Assembly: GCA_018396865.1 (NCBI GenBank)
Contig: JAGTRB010000010.1
Coordinates: forward strand, 7,967 to 71,966
DNA from: Candidatus Bathyarchaeota archaeon
GTDB lineage: Archaea; Thermoproteota; Bathyarchaeia; TCS64
Length of the DNA: 64,000 nucleotides
Reading direction: 5' to 3'
Part shown: piece by piece, positions 37,463 through 47,179 of the stretch
Position numbering within the stretch: the first letter of the stretch is position 1
Layout of the letters: every line of letters starts with the position of its first letter
Position numbers and translations under genes: made by a program
The notes under the pieces: model-generated
What the model was told of the DNA's origin: nothing
Seen by the model: the letters and a program-made list of their open reading frames with translations, nothing else
Databases searched by the model: none

Positions 37463-38215
37463 TCATATAATCCTGAGCTCTGGCCTATGGAACTCCTCCG
37501 TAGCCTTCAGGATCCATATCCCTTCTTTCACTCCCCTTTCGATAAGGCCTGGAAGTGGGAGGCATACATAAATTACCTTTATGAGATTCCTCCTAAGCAT
37601 CTCCGGGTGATTCAGTCTAAGTCTCTCAATCTTCCTTAATAGCTCCTCGGCTATCTCTGTTCCTCCCCTCACAGTCGACTCTCCAACCACGCAGAGGTCA
37701 TTCGTCGCGCCATAGATGTTGAGTTCCATATCGGGGAGGATCAGCGAGGTCAAATCTAATTCGACCCCAAGCTCGTTTCTAATTCTCCACTTCAAAATGG
37801 ACTTGGCCTCATCCTCAACATCCACAGTGAGCTTCTCCAAGGTTCGTTCAACCCTGTTCAGCCTCCCCTCCATCCTATTAATAGTAGCCAGCATCTTATT
37901 GAAGTCCTCCCTGAGCTTAATCTGCTCCTCCCTAAGACCCTGAATCTCCTTCCAGATCTTACCCTGCTCCTCCCTAAGACCCTGAATCTCCTTCCAGATC
38001 TTACCCTGCTCCTCCCTAAGACCCTGAATCTCCTTCCAGATCCTATTCTGGCCTTTCCTGAGTCTAACTTGTTCCCTCCTGAGGTTAACCAGCTCCTCGG
38101 TGATGGAGTCGAGTCTCTTTAGGATCTCAGATAGGCCTAGGTATCCTGCAACCGCGTATCTGAACTCGATATCGCTGTCGAGAAGCTGTAGGAAATCCCT
38201 CTTCGCAGCTTCCAT
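37463..38215 (-). CDS. coiled-coil protein with 14-aa tandem repeats (DUF3782-like)
   Basis: Three repeats of GKIWKEIQGLREEQ and a conserved C-terminal region (VIYVCLPLPG). Both flanks are AT-rich. Confidence 0.6.
   Translation of the reverse strand: MEAAKRDFLQLLDSDIEFRYAVAGYLGLSEILKRLDSITEELVNLRREQVRLRKGQNRIWKEIQGLREEQGKIWKEIQGLREEQGKIWKEIQGLREEQIKLREDFNKMLATINRMEGRLNRVERTLEKLTVDVEDEAKSILKWRIRNELGVELDLTSLILPDMELNIYGATNDLCVVGESTVRGGTEIAEELLRKIERLRLNHPEMLRRNLIKVIYVCLPLPGLIERGVKEGIWILKATEEFHRPELRII
37925..38050. repeat. 42-nt tandem repeat x3 inside the coiled-coil gene (two identical copies plus one diverged)
   Basis: The unit CTCCTCCCTAAGACCCTGAATCTCCTTCCAGATCTTACCCTG is directly visible with a period of 42 nt. 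Confidence 0.9.
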
Positions 38216-38426
38216 TTAAAGTCTTTTAAATTTATGACATGGAAGCTTATAAACGATTGAGCGCTATGGCCCTAGTTAATTATTTTAATTTCATCCCTTG
38301 GATTTTACCTTGGTTACGACCTGAACTTGGATGGTTTGGAGCTTAATCCAGGGATCTCCCTTCTATAGAGTTATTTTGGAATGTAGGTTTATGGGTCAAT
38401 CTATTTGGCTCTTGGTGAGGCTAGGT

Positions 38427-39845
38427 TTACCTTTGCTCCTTAATCCTCCTCGCCGCGTTATCTGAGGCTAGGGTTAGGGCCTCCCATGTCTCGTTGAGGG
38501 GTGGCGCATAGCATGTGTCCGACTTGGATAGCTCCCAGACAGTCATCCCCATCTGTATTGCGATGGATGCCGCGTTTATCCTCTGGGTTACCTCCTCGCC
38601 TCCTATGATCTGGCATCCTATAACTCTCCCTGAGTCCGGCTCTGCCACCACCTTCACCCTTATGTCCTTCCCCCCTGGGTAGTATCTGGCTCTGGTCTTG
38701 GAGGTCAAGACGCCTGAGACGGTTTTGAATCCGAACCTCTGGGCCTGCACCTCCGTGAGCCCAGTCGATCCGATCTCTATATCGAAGGCCTTGGTGACGG
38801 CTGATGATAGGACTCCTGGGAATGTTGAGTATCCTCCGGCTGCGTTTATCCCTGCGATCCTGCCCATCCTCACGGCGGTTGTCCCTAGCTGGCTGAGGGT
38901 TGGCTGGCCTGTCAGCAGGCTGTAGGACTCTGCGCAATCCCCTGCGGCGTAGATGTCCTGTATTGAGGTCATCATCTTTGGGTTCACCCTTATCCCTCTG
39001 GTTGGCCCGATCTCGGCTCCAGCCTGCCTTGCAAGCTCCGTGTTTGGCCTAGCTCCTGTTGAGACTATTACCATGTCGGCTTCTATGCTACCTCCTCCGG
39101 CTGTGACCCCTTCGACCTTTTCTCCTCCTAGGATCTCCTCCACGCTGGTTCCTGTCAGCACCCGGACGCCTCTCTCCTCGAGAACCCTCTGGGCGGCTTG
39201 AGCCATATCCCTGTCGAGGGCTGCGGGCAGGATGTTGGGTAGGAGTTCCACCATCGTCGTCTTTATCCCATGCTCCCTGAAGGCGTGGGCCATCTCTATC
39301 CCTATGAAGCCCGCACCTATTATGACTGCCCTCTCAGCGCTCTCCATAGCCTCCTTTATCCTCATACCATCTTCTATGGTTCTTAGGGTGAAGACTCCCC
39401 TCTTCTCCAGGCCCTTTATGGGTGGTGTGAAGGGGCTGGCCCCTGTTGAGATTATGAGGGCGTCGTACTCTTCTTGTTCAATCCCCTCCTCAGACTTGAG
39501 TTCCACCTTCTTCTCCTTTGGGTTTATGGAGACCGCGTGGGTCTCTGTCCTAACCTCGAGCCTCATCATCTTATAGTAGGAGGGGGGGAAGACTATGAGG
39601 TCTTGGAAGCTTGGTATCTCCCCCGCGAGCACGTAGGGAAGCCCGCACCTGGAGTAGGCGAGGTGGGGCTCGCCAGTAACTAGGGTTATCTCGGCCTCCC
39701 TGTCGGTTTTTCTAGCCGCAGAGGCCGCCTCCAACCCCGCGGCGTTAGCTCCGATTATAATGATCCTCCTTGACATAGCATCCCTCAACAATGGAACCCC
39801 AGATCGATTTAAAATATGGGCGTATAGAAGCCTATAGAACTCCAA
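38427..39845 (-). CDS. FAD-dependent pyridine nucleotide-disulfide oxidoreductase (NADH oxidase / CoA-disulfide reductase family)
   Basis: GANAAG FAD motif and the active Cys in SRCGLPYV. The true start is probably the internal Met (MSRRIIIIG). Confidence 0.8.
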   Translation of the reverse strand: MEFYRLLYAHILNRSGVPLLRDAMSRRIIIIGANAAGLEAASAARKTDREAEITLVTGEPHLAYSRCGLPYVLAGEIPSFQDLIVFPPSYYKMMRLEVRTETHAVSINPKEKKVELKSEEGIEQEEYDALIISTGASPFTPPIKGLEKRGVFTLRTIEDGMRIKEAMESAERAVIIGAGFIGIEMAHAFREHGIKTTMVELLPNILPAALDRDMAQAAQRVLEERGVRVLTGTSVEEILGGEKVEGVTAGGGSIEADMVIVSTGARPNTELARQAGAEIGPTRGIRVNPKMMTSIQDIYAAGDCAESYSLLTGQPTLSQLGTTAVRMGRIAGINAAGGYSTFPGVLSSAVTKAFDIEIGSTGLTEVQAQRFGFKTVSGVLTSKTRARYYPGGKDIRVKVVAEPDSGRVIGCQIIGGEEVTQRINAASIAIQMGMTVWELSKSDTCYAPPLNETWEALTLASDNAARRIKEQR

Positions 39846-39917
39846 TCTAAGGGCTTGAGGCCTCCCCTTGAGGGATTGAGGTAAATTTTCAGGTGTAGGG
39901 GGTCATTAATCCTATAT

Positions 39918-40913
39918 TTAAACGTTGGAGGTGATGGAGCGGAGCCATCTGCTCGCCTTAACGGCGGGGGTGAGGCCCCTCCTCCTAGACGCCATTGAGG
40001 AGAAGAATAGGATGCACCCAGGTATTAAGAGGGATATGATGAGGTTATACACAGGATGGAATGAGGAGGCCTCCCAGAATAGGAGCCATCCCATCGTGAG
40101 GAGACCCCCCCTATTGTACCACCATAGGTTTGGGGTTATCCCGGTCAACCTCATGGATATGTCGCATGCCGTTGGCAGAACGATGAGGATCATGTGGTAG
40201 AGCCAAAGCATCGTGCAGAGGTCTTCGTCCCTGAAGGATAGGGGGGCTGTGAGGCACCAGAGGTACCAAATGGCTATGGATAAAGCCTCAAGGCCTACGC
40301 TGAGGGAGCCGGCGAAGTAGGGAGATAAGAGGATCAGGGGGGAGGCCAGGAATGGTATGAGGATGACCCATGGGAATCTCCCATCTACCTTTATGCCCTC
40401 CCTCGGGGGGGATATCCTGTCAATTATGACGGCCACTGTTATTATTGAGACTATGAAGAGGATGCCCCTCATGGTCCTGATGAATAGGGGAAGATAGCCC
40501 ATTATGGGGATCCTCCAGACAACCCTGCCTATCACCCTCTCCTCCGGAACTGGCTGGCTGTCCCTGAAGGGGTTGTTGTCCCCCTTCGTTATAAACCACC
40601 ACTGGCCTCCCTGGAGGTACTTCTCGACCGCCCTGTGGACTATGTACTCCTCTGAGGCCCCGCCCCTGGAGAAGACTATTATCTCCCCTGTGGGCCTTGG
40701 CGCAGCCGTCAAAGCGTCGTAGTCCTCTATCCTGGCTACGAATATGAAGTCTCCTACGCCTAGGGTTGGAACCATGCTCTGGGATACTACGACCATCACT
40801 GGATGCTCGGTTCCCAGGGTAACCCTTAGCAGCTGGACCCCACCGAAGATTATGATGGCGAAGATGATGACGGAGGCTAGCTGTCCCGCCAGCTCTCTCC
40901 TACGGGGCCTCAA
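39918..40913 (-). CDS. signal peptidase I (archaeal SEC11/S26 type) with extended C-terminal membrane domain
   Basis: Catalytic-Ser region VVVSQSMVPTL and multiple TM segments in the C-terminal half. Confidence 0.7.
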   Translation of the reverse strand: MRPRRRELAGQLASVIIFAIIIFGGVQLLRVTLGTEHPVMVVVSQSMVPTLGVGDFIFVARIEDYDALTAAPRPTGEIIVFSRGGASEEYIVHRAVEKYLQGGQWWFITKGDNNPFRDSQPVPEERVIGRVVWRIPIMGYLPLFIRTMRGILFIVSIITVAVIIDRISPPREGIKVDGRFPWVILIPFLASPLILLSPYFAGSLSVGLEALSIAIWYLWCLTAPLSFRDEDLCTMLWLYHMILIVLPTACDISMRLTGITPNLWWYNRGGLLTMGWLLFWEASSFHPVYNLIISLLIPGCILFFSSMASRRRGLTPAVKASRWLRSITSNV

Positions 40914-40920
40914 CCACCCC

Positions 40921-41286
40921 TCAGCCTCTTCTCCCCTCTCCAGAGTTCTCCATTATCCACCTTGTCAGATACTCACAGCTTATGGGGGACCTCTCCCCTC
41001 CCTCAAAGCATCTATCTATATCGTCGCACCTCAGGCATGGGCTATCCCTTATGGAGTCTAGGCTTGCATGCCTCCTCTTCGAGTAGAGCTTGTAGGTCCA
41101 CCTCCCCTCGTGGAGCACCCGGTCCCTCTCGATCTCCCCCTTCTCCTCGAACCTCTGGGCGAGCCTGGAGCCCTCCCTGCTGCTCAGGCCAAGCCTCTTC
41201 CACATCTCACATTGTAGGATGCCATTCTCAGACTCCATTATCAGCCTCAGAGCCTTCTCCTCGAGCCCATTGTTTCTCTGGGGCAA
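40921..41286 (-). CDS. winged-helix protein with C-terminal Cys cluster (putative transcription factor), co-operonic with TBP
   Basis: wHTH-like N-terminus (GILQCEMWKRLGLSSREGSRLAQRFEEKGEI) and CLRCDD..C..C. Lies between tbp and the signal peptidase with 7-18 nt spacers. Confidence 0.45.
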   Translation of the reverse strand: MPQRNNGLEEKALRLIMESENGILQCEMWKRLGLSSREGSRLAQRFEEKGEIERDRVLHEGRWTYKLYSKRRHASLDSIRDSPCLRCDDIDRCFEGGERSPISCEYLTRWIMENSGEGRRG

Positions 41287-41304
41287 TTCGCGATCCTCCT
41301 ACGG

Positions 41305-41865
41305 TCAATCGTAGTATATCAGGCCCTCTTTCTGGAGGAGGTCGTGGAGCTTCTCGACCGCTTCTCGGACCATCATCTCCTTTTTTGCGCCCGTGCAGAC
41401 CAGCTTCCCGCTGGCGAACAGGAGCATCACTACTTTTGGGTCGGTCATCCTGTAGATGAGGCCCGGGAACTGCTCTGGCTCGTACATTATGTTCTCCATC
41501 ACGTTCGCCGCCATCTCGAGGTCTATTCTTCCCCCCAGGTTGGCTGAGGCGACGATGTTCTGGATGACTATCTCAGGCCTCCCCAGTATAACGATCCCGC
41601 TGTTCTTCAGCTCCCTCACAACCTTCTTCACGGCCCCCCTTGCCTGTTTCTCGGACTTCGCCCCCGTGCAGACCATCTTCCCGGAGGCGAATATGAGGGT
41701 CGCAGTCTTGGGCCTCTTAAGCCTGAAAACCAACCCTGGGAACTGTTTGGGCCTGTACTCAACGTTCCTGAAGGCCTTCATGATGGAGAGTAGGTCTATC
41801 TTCTGATCTAGGGTTGCGGAGGCCACCACGTTCTCGATGCTTATCTGGAGCTTTCTAGTGGACAT
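41305..41865 (-). CDS. tbp: TATA-box binding protein
   Basis: Two TBP repeats (ENVVAS...FPGL.YR...). Confidence 0.95.
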   Translation of the reverse strand: MSTRKLQISIENVVASATLDQKIDLLSIMKAFRNVEYRPKQFPGLVFRLKRPKTATLIFASGKMVCTGAKSEKQARGAVKKVVRELKNSGIVILGRPEIVIQNIVASANLGGRIDLEMAANVMENIMYEPEQFPGLIYRMTDPKVVMLLFASGKLVCTGAKKEMMVREAVEKLHDLLQKEGLIYYD

Positions 41866-41879
41866 TCCCCAAATTCCCC

Positions 41880-42236
41880 CTAGTCGGATAAGACCCTGGA
41901 GAGCTGATCGGGTGGGATGATGTCCTGACTGCTCACCTCCACTATCGGGATGGAGCTTATGTTGGGATCGGTCCTCAACCTATCGCTGTAGGAGATATCG
42001 CCTGAGAAGTTATTGTAGATGATGAAGCTTCCGGGCAGGGGCTTATCCTCCCTGACGAAGAATAGGAAGACCTCGCTCATTGTTCCCCCAATGATGAAGT
42101 AGATGTGTACCCCTCCTGATTCAAAGTGCTGGATAACGTTCATCGAAGGCGAGGAGGCTACCAGCATGACGAGGTCCCTTATAGACCTCAATCGAATATA
42201 CTTCATCTCCCTCGATAAGGAATATAGGCGAATCAT
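41880..42236 (-). CDS. hypothetical protein
   Basis: 118-aa ORF upstream of tbp. Confidence 0.35.
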   Translation of the reverse strand: MIRLYSLSREMKYIRLRSIRDLVMLVASSPSMNVIQHFESGGVHIYFIIGGTMSEVFLFFVREDKPLPGSFIIYNNFSGDISYSDRLRTDPNISSIPIVEVSSQDIIPPDQLSRVLSD

Positions 42237-42383
42237 GTTTAAATAGTTTAAATAGTCCGGCTCCTCTCACTGGGATATCCACCCCCTCTATGGGCAGGTT
42301 AAAAGGTATTATGAGAGGTGACCCGCACAAATCCTTTTTATCTATCCTCGGATGGATAGAGATAAAATGGAGGAGATGGCCGA

Positions 42384-42896
42384 GTGTTCGTCAATAGTGT
42401 TTCTCTTGCCCCATATGTGGCGACCCCAGTGAATGTTGTAAGGGAGATGCTCAGGATAGCGGATGTGAGGCCAGGGGAGTCAGTCTACGACCTTGGCTGC
42501 GGGGATGGAAGGATAGCCATCACAGCGGCCCTCGAGTTCGGCGCCAGGGGGGTTGGCGTGGACATCAATCAGAACCTTGTCAGGGAGGCCCGTAAGAGGG
42601 TGGAGGAGCTCCACCTCGGGGATCGGGTGAAGATCATCCACGGCAACCTCTTGGAGATAGACCTCAGCCAGGCCGATGTGGTGACCATGTATCTGACCAC
42701 CTCTGCGAATGAGAAGGTTAGGCCAAAGCTGGAGCAGGAGCTTAAACCTGGGGCCAGGGTCGTCACCCATGACTTCCTGATCCCGAAATGGGAGGTCACA
42801 AATAGCATGAAGGTTCAAGGGGAGTATAGAACCCATTTAATATACCTCTATATCTGGCATCCGAGGGAGGGGGTTAGACCCCCCGCCAAGAGGTGA
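42384..42896 (+). CDS. class I SAM-dependent methyltransferase
   Basis: SAM motif I VYDLGCGDGRI. Confidence 0.7.
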   Translation: MFVNSVSLAPYVATPVNVVREMLRIADVRPGESVYDLGCGDGRIAITAALEFGARGVGVDINQNLVREARKRVEELHLGDRVKIIHGNLLEIDLSQADVVTMYLTTSANEKVRPKLEQELKPGARVVTHDFLIPKWEVTNSMKVQGEYRTHLIYLYIWHPREGVRPPAKR

Positions 42897-43073
42897 ATAT
42901 TCCGGCTACTCCACCGATATCCCATTTAGCCTTAAGGGAGTTTCATGATCACTTCTTATATAGGTAGCATATTTTTGATTGATATTCAGTACACATTTTT
43001 CTATGTATATTTCGCCCTATCCTTATATGGAAAAATCTTATTAGGAACTTGAAATATTTTCATTTGATGTAAG

Positions 43074-44009
43074 TTGAGTGAATCGGTAAAAAGGGCTCTG
43101 GAAAAGATCGGCATTCCAGGTAGAGATTTGTATGATCTTCCAACATCGAAGAAAACATTCCCAGATGGATGTAACTATAGGATAGAGATCTCAGGGGTTG
43201 AGAGGCCAGAGGTATTGGAGGCCTTAATCGACGAGAGGGATAAGAGGGATGTGCCCGTCCATAGGCTCATCAGCATGTGTATGGGGGCCACCCTTCTCGA
43301 CGATAGGGAGATTGTAAGGTTCGCCGAACTCGCAAGGGACGCGAGGATGGAGGTGATAGTAGTGCCAGGGCCCAGGCCCTCCTGGGATATAGGGAGGCAG
43401 GTCTTGACGGAGGAGGGGAAGAGGAGCGGATTCAGGCACAGGGGCTGTGACCAGCTCAACTACTTCATCTCCGATATGATGAGGTGCTATGAGCTCGGGA
43501 TCAGGGGCGTCATGGTCACCGACGAGGGGCTTCTATGGGCCATCACCGAGCTCAAGAAGATAGGGGAGCTCCCAAGAGACATCAAGGTGAAGCTCTCCGT
43601 CTGGGCTGGCTGTGCGAACCCCGCAGGGGCAAAGCTGATAGAAAGCCTGGGGGCCGATACCTTCAACCCCGTTGGCGACCTGACTCTCCCCATGTTAGCA
43701 TCGATAAGAAGTGTGGTGAACATACCTATGGATGTCTACATCTACTTCTTCGAGTCATTCGGGGGCAGCAATAGGTTCTGGGAGACCCCCGAGATAGCTA
43801 GGATAGCCTCGCCATGCTACTTCAAACTCGAGCCTGAGACCTCTTCGGGAGAGGCATACAAGCCCTGGACCGACCCTAAGAAGCTGGCCTTTCTGGCGAG
43901 GGAGAAGGTGAAGTACGCCGAGATAATCATGAACCTGATCGATAAACATTACCCGGAGGCTAAAATCTCGGAGCAAGGCGCAAGCGACCTAGCCATACCA
44001 AAGCCTTAA
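43074..44009 (+). CDS. conserved hypothetical protein (possibly TIM-barrel enzyme)
   Basis: 311-aa ORF with coding-like composition; family not recognised with confidence. Confidence 0.4.
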   Translation: MSESVKRALEKIGIPGRDLYDLPTSKKTFPDGCNYRIEISGVERPEVLEALIDERDKRDVPVHRLISMCMGATLLDDREIVRFAELARDARMEVIVVPGPRPSWDIGRQVLTEEGKRSGFRHRGCDQLNYFISDMMRCYELGIRGVMVTDEGLLWAITELKKIGELPRDIKVKLSVWAGCANPAGAKLIESLGADTFNPVGDLTLPMLASIRSVVNIPMDVYIYFFESFGGSNRFWETPEIARIASPCYFKLEPETSSGEAYKPWTDPKKLAFLAREKVKYAEIIMNLIDKHYPEAKISEQGASDLAIPKP

Positions 44010-44181
44010 AACGGCGTATCTCATTACCCCATTTTTATTCCCCATTAATTCAGTATAAATGGTCTCTTTGAGCTTTTAAGATTCAGAATCATTTTTGAAT
44101 AGAAATAACAATTTTTATAGGCGAAGAAATTCATATAATATTTAATTGATAATATTTAGGTTCATTGGAGTTTTTTTGAGT

Positions 44182-44880
44182 TTAAGGATCAGATTTTGAG
44201 AGTTCTTCTATGACCTCTGGAAGCTGGCATATGCTTCTAATCGTGGGCCCGCACCAATCGTGGGTTCTTCCCTCCTTATCTACTAGAACCGCCTTTATCC
44301 CAGTTCTCTGGGCTCCTTGGAGATCTGTCTCAGGCTCGTCTCCGACGTGGACCGCCTCTTTGGCCTCCACCCCAAGCCTCCCCAATACGTACTGGAATAT
44401 CATGGGGTTGGGCTTCCTAATCCCAAGGTCCCTTGAGCAGACCACGAGGCCGAAGTACCTGATCAGCCCAGTCTGGTTTAGGAAGACCCTGGGGTTATCG
44501 CTCATGGTGTTGGAGATCACCGCAAGCCTATATCTCCTGAATAAGGACTCTAGAGTCCTCTCCACGCATGGGTAGAGCTCAGTCCTGAAGTGCCTCCTGA
44601 AGAGCCCGTGGATCCCTTCCAGCATCTCTGGGGTATCGGGGATCCCAAGCCTGGAGAGGGCGTGGGCATAGACCTCCTCCAAGGTCAGCTCCTCCTCCCT
44701 GCTCCTAACCCTCTCAAGAAGCCTCAGGGCCGCCGATATGGCTCCCTTAAGCTCGTTTAGGTCGACATTAAAGCCTAGGCCCCTTAGATACCTGTGGATG
44801 GATGAGTGATACTCATCCCAATCTATTGAGCCTTCAGCGAGGGTCCCCCCGAAGTCTAGGATTATAAGCCTGATCATCAT
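44182..44880 (-). CDS. HAD-superfamily hydrolase
   Basis: DFGGTL motif I and the C-terminal GDxxxD motif (HVGDEPETD). Confidence 0.75.
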   Translation of the reverse strand: MMIRLIILDFGGTLAEGSIDWDEYHSSIHRYLRGLGFNVDLNELKGAISAALRLLERVRSREEELTLEEVYAHALSRLGIPDTPEMLEGIHGLFRRHFRTELYPCVERTLESLFRRYRLAVISNTMSDNPRVFLNQTGLIRYFGLVVCSRDLGIRKPNPMIFQYVLGRLGVEAKEAVHVGDEPETDLQGAQRTGIKAVLVDKEGRTHDWCGPTIRSICQLPEVIEELSKSDP

Positions 44881-45074
44881 AAAGGCCTCCTCTATACAGA
44901 AGGGTTTCAGGGTGACCCTTAATACCTGTTTCCCCTAAATACTCATAATTTTGTGAAAATTTTCGTGCATCGCTTGGTTTTGGGTATTCACGCCCCAACA
45001 ATCTATGAAAATGGCCATCTGTCGTGGTAATCAGGCCGTCTCTATATAGACCTTCGGGGGGTTTGATTTAAGCC

Positions 45075-45521
45075 ATGAGCCGCCCCCTCATATTGATCCA
45101 GTTGGCTTCCGGGGGCTCCTACTGCCTATGCCTAAGGGTCGACAGGGATCTTTGCCTCAGGATTGGGTCTCTCGGTGTTTTACTCCTCCCCCCTGGGAGG
45201 TATATCTATGTGGGCTCGGCCTTGAGGGGTCTCGAGGGGAGGCTGAGGAGGCATATGGACCTACATCTGGGCCGCAGGTCGAAGGCCTTCTGGCATATAG
45301 ATCACCTCTTAATCGAGCCGGGTGTTGAGATAGAGGCGATCTTCATCAAGCAATCTGATAGGAGGATTGAATGCGAGGTGGCAAGCTCGATCTCGAAGAT
45401 TGGCCGCGCCATAAAGGGGTTTGGATCTAGCGACTGCAGATGCCCGAGCCACCTCTTCCAGGTGGAAGATTTCAGATCCCTGTCTGGGTTGGGGTTGAAG
45501 CCTTGGTTCGATGGGAAATAA
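45075..45521 (+). CDS. DUF123-family protein (GIY-YIG-like nuclease superfamily)
   Basis: GxY-YVGSA..R..RH core resembling the GIY-YIG/Uri fold; 148 aa. Confidence 0.55.
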   Translation: MSRPLILIQLASGGSYCLCLRVDRDLCLRIGSLGVLLLPPGRYIYVGSALRGLEGRLRRHMDLHLGRRSKAFWHIDHLLIEPGVEIEAIFIKQSDRRIECEVASSISKIGRAIKGFGSSDCRCPSHLFQVEDFRSLSGLGLKPWFDGK

Positions 45522-45591
45522 ACATCTGGATGATGGGTGAAAGCATTATTTTATCTTAAGTGGAGTAGAGTTCGATCGGGAGAGCAAGCCC

Positions 45592-46227
45592 TTGGTGGAC
45601 GACTTCGCTAGGGATTTGGACGATGCCGTGAGGAGGATGATTGTTGACCTTCAGCCCGAGGAGGGGGAGAAGCTCCTACGCTTAAGGGACCGGCTGCTCA
45701 GGCTTCACAGCCTGAACATGGTTAAGATAAACCACTCCATAATGGAGCTTGTGTGCGCCAAGCACCTCATCCGGAGGGGGTTCGATGTTGAGATCGAGCA
45801 TCTCCTTAACGGCGTCTCATGCGACATATATGCCGCTAAGGGGTATGGAACCCATATTGTTGAGGTTGAGACAGGGTTTGTCCCCCCTGAGAACGCCCTA
45901 GACCCTACTACCTACCTGAAGGCCAGGATAGCTAGCAAGATAACACGTTACAGCATATACTCGGATAAGTTCAGCCTAGGGGTTCCCCCATACTATGTTA
46001 TGCAGATACCCTACATCTTCTCTAGGCCGCCAAGGATGAGGGGGGAGGAGGAGATAGCCGAGGTGAAGAGGCTCTGCGACCTCTACTACAGGAATCCCCC
46101 TGTGACCCTTGAAGAGGTGAGAAACGCCAGGATCCACTCTCTCTACATCATAGATGTGGACTCACTCAAGGTCAGTGAGAGGGGTCTTGAGGACTATCTG
46201 GAGAGGGCTGCCCTCTGGAGCATATGA
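45592..46227 (+). CDS. hypothetical protein, possible PD-(D/E)xK-like fold
   Basis: Candidate D...EVE..K-like arrangement (CDIY...HIVEVETG); 211 aa. Confidence 0.35.
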   Translation: MVDDFARDLDDAVRRMIVDLQPEEGEKLLRLRDRLLRLHSLNMVKINHSIMELVCAKHLIRRGFDVEIEHLLNGVSCDIYAAKGYGTHIVEVETGFVPPENALDPTTYLKARIASKITRYSIYSDKFSLGVPPYYVMQIPYIFSRPPRMRGEEEIAEVKRLCDLYYRNPPVTLEEVRNARIHSLYIIDVDSLKVSERGLEDYLERAALWSI

Positions 46228-46249
46228 GGAGGCTAGGTTCTAAATAGCC

Positions 46250-47179
46250 TCAAACCTGAACCCCTTTGAGGATCCATGGATAGCGCCTAAGAACAGCCTC
46301 TAGGATTATGTGGGGGGAGATCACCCCATCCTCGCAGATAAGGCCGTGTATATAGTCTCTCCTCGTCACGTCGAAGGCCGGGTTCCTTATCATGAGCCCT
46401 TCGGGCGGGTTGGCCCAAACCTCTTGGGGGGATCTCTCCTCTATGGCCTCATAATCGCCGTGTATGGTCTGGGGATCGAACTTTAGGAGCTCGGAGGCCA
46501 CATAGAATGGAACCCGAGCCTCCTGGGCTGCTAGGGCTATGAGGCTGGTCCCCACCTTGTTGATGACATTCCCCTCCGAAGTTATCGCATCAGCTCCCAC
46601 CAGCACCTTGCTGATCCCCCTCATAAAGGACCTTACAGCCGAGTCCACGATCATCGTAGCCCCTATCCCCGCCTCTGAGAGCTCCCTGGCCGTCCTCCTC
46701 CCCTGGTAGAGGGGGCGCGTCTCTGTCAAGACCACCTGGAAGTCTATTCCCCTCTCCTTTGCTCTCTTCAGGATCATCATCACGGTGGAGCTGTGGCAGT
46801 GTGTCAGGATCATATCTCCGTTCAATATCCTCCTAGAGCCGACCTCGGCTATCCTCCTCCTCGCATCCTTGAAGGTTTCGAGAAGCTCTTGGGAGGTCTT
46901 TCTGATGAGGGGCCTCAACTCCTCGATATTCTTCCATTCAGCCTCCTCAACCCTAGACCTCAGGAACCTTATGGCGTTTCTCATGAAGGGCTCCGTCTCC
47001 CTCGCCGAGAAGAGTATCCTACTCGCCTCGTCCAACTCCCGAAGGGCTGAGGCTCGGTCTTGAGCTTTGGATATCTCGATCTGCTCTACTATGGCTCTGA
47101 GGGCGGTTAGGGCCACGCCTGTGGCCCCCTGAACCTCAAGCCTCCTTATCCTCTCAGCCGCCTCTATCACCCGCTCCAA
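46250..47179 (-). CDS. eIF-2B alpha/beta/delta-family protein (ribose-1,5-bisphosphate isomerase type)
   Basis: Family signatures, and a length of 309 aa consistent with R15P isomerase rather than MtnA. Confidence 0.7.
   Translation of the reverse strand: MERVIEAAERIRRLEVQGATGVALTALRAIVEQIEISKAQDRASALRELDEASRILFSARETEPFMRNAIRFLRSRVEEAEWKNIEELRPLIRKTSQELLETFKDARRRIAEVGSRRILNGDMILTHCHSSTVMMILKRAKERGIDFQVVLTETRPLYQGRRTARELSEAGIGATMIVDSAVRSFMRGISKVLVGADAITSEGNVINKVGTSLIALAAQEARVPFYVASELLKFDPQTIHGDYEAIEERSPQEVWANPPEGLMIRNPAFDVTRRDYIHGLICEDGVISPHIILEAVLRRYPWILKGVQV

Noticed and set aside
40962-41459. 165-aa plus-strand ORF spanning the tbp / wHTH gene region
   Set aside because: It is antisense to TBP and its neighbour, and the translation is an Arg/Pro/Ser-rich low-complexity string.
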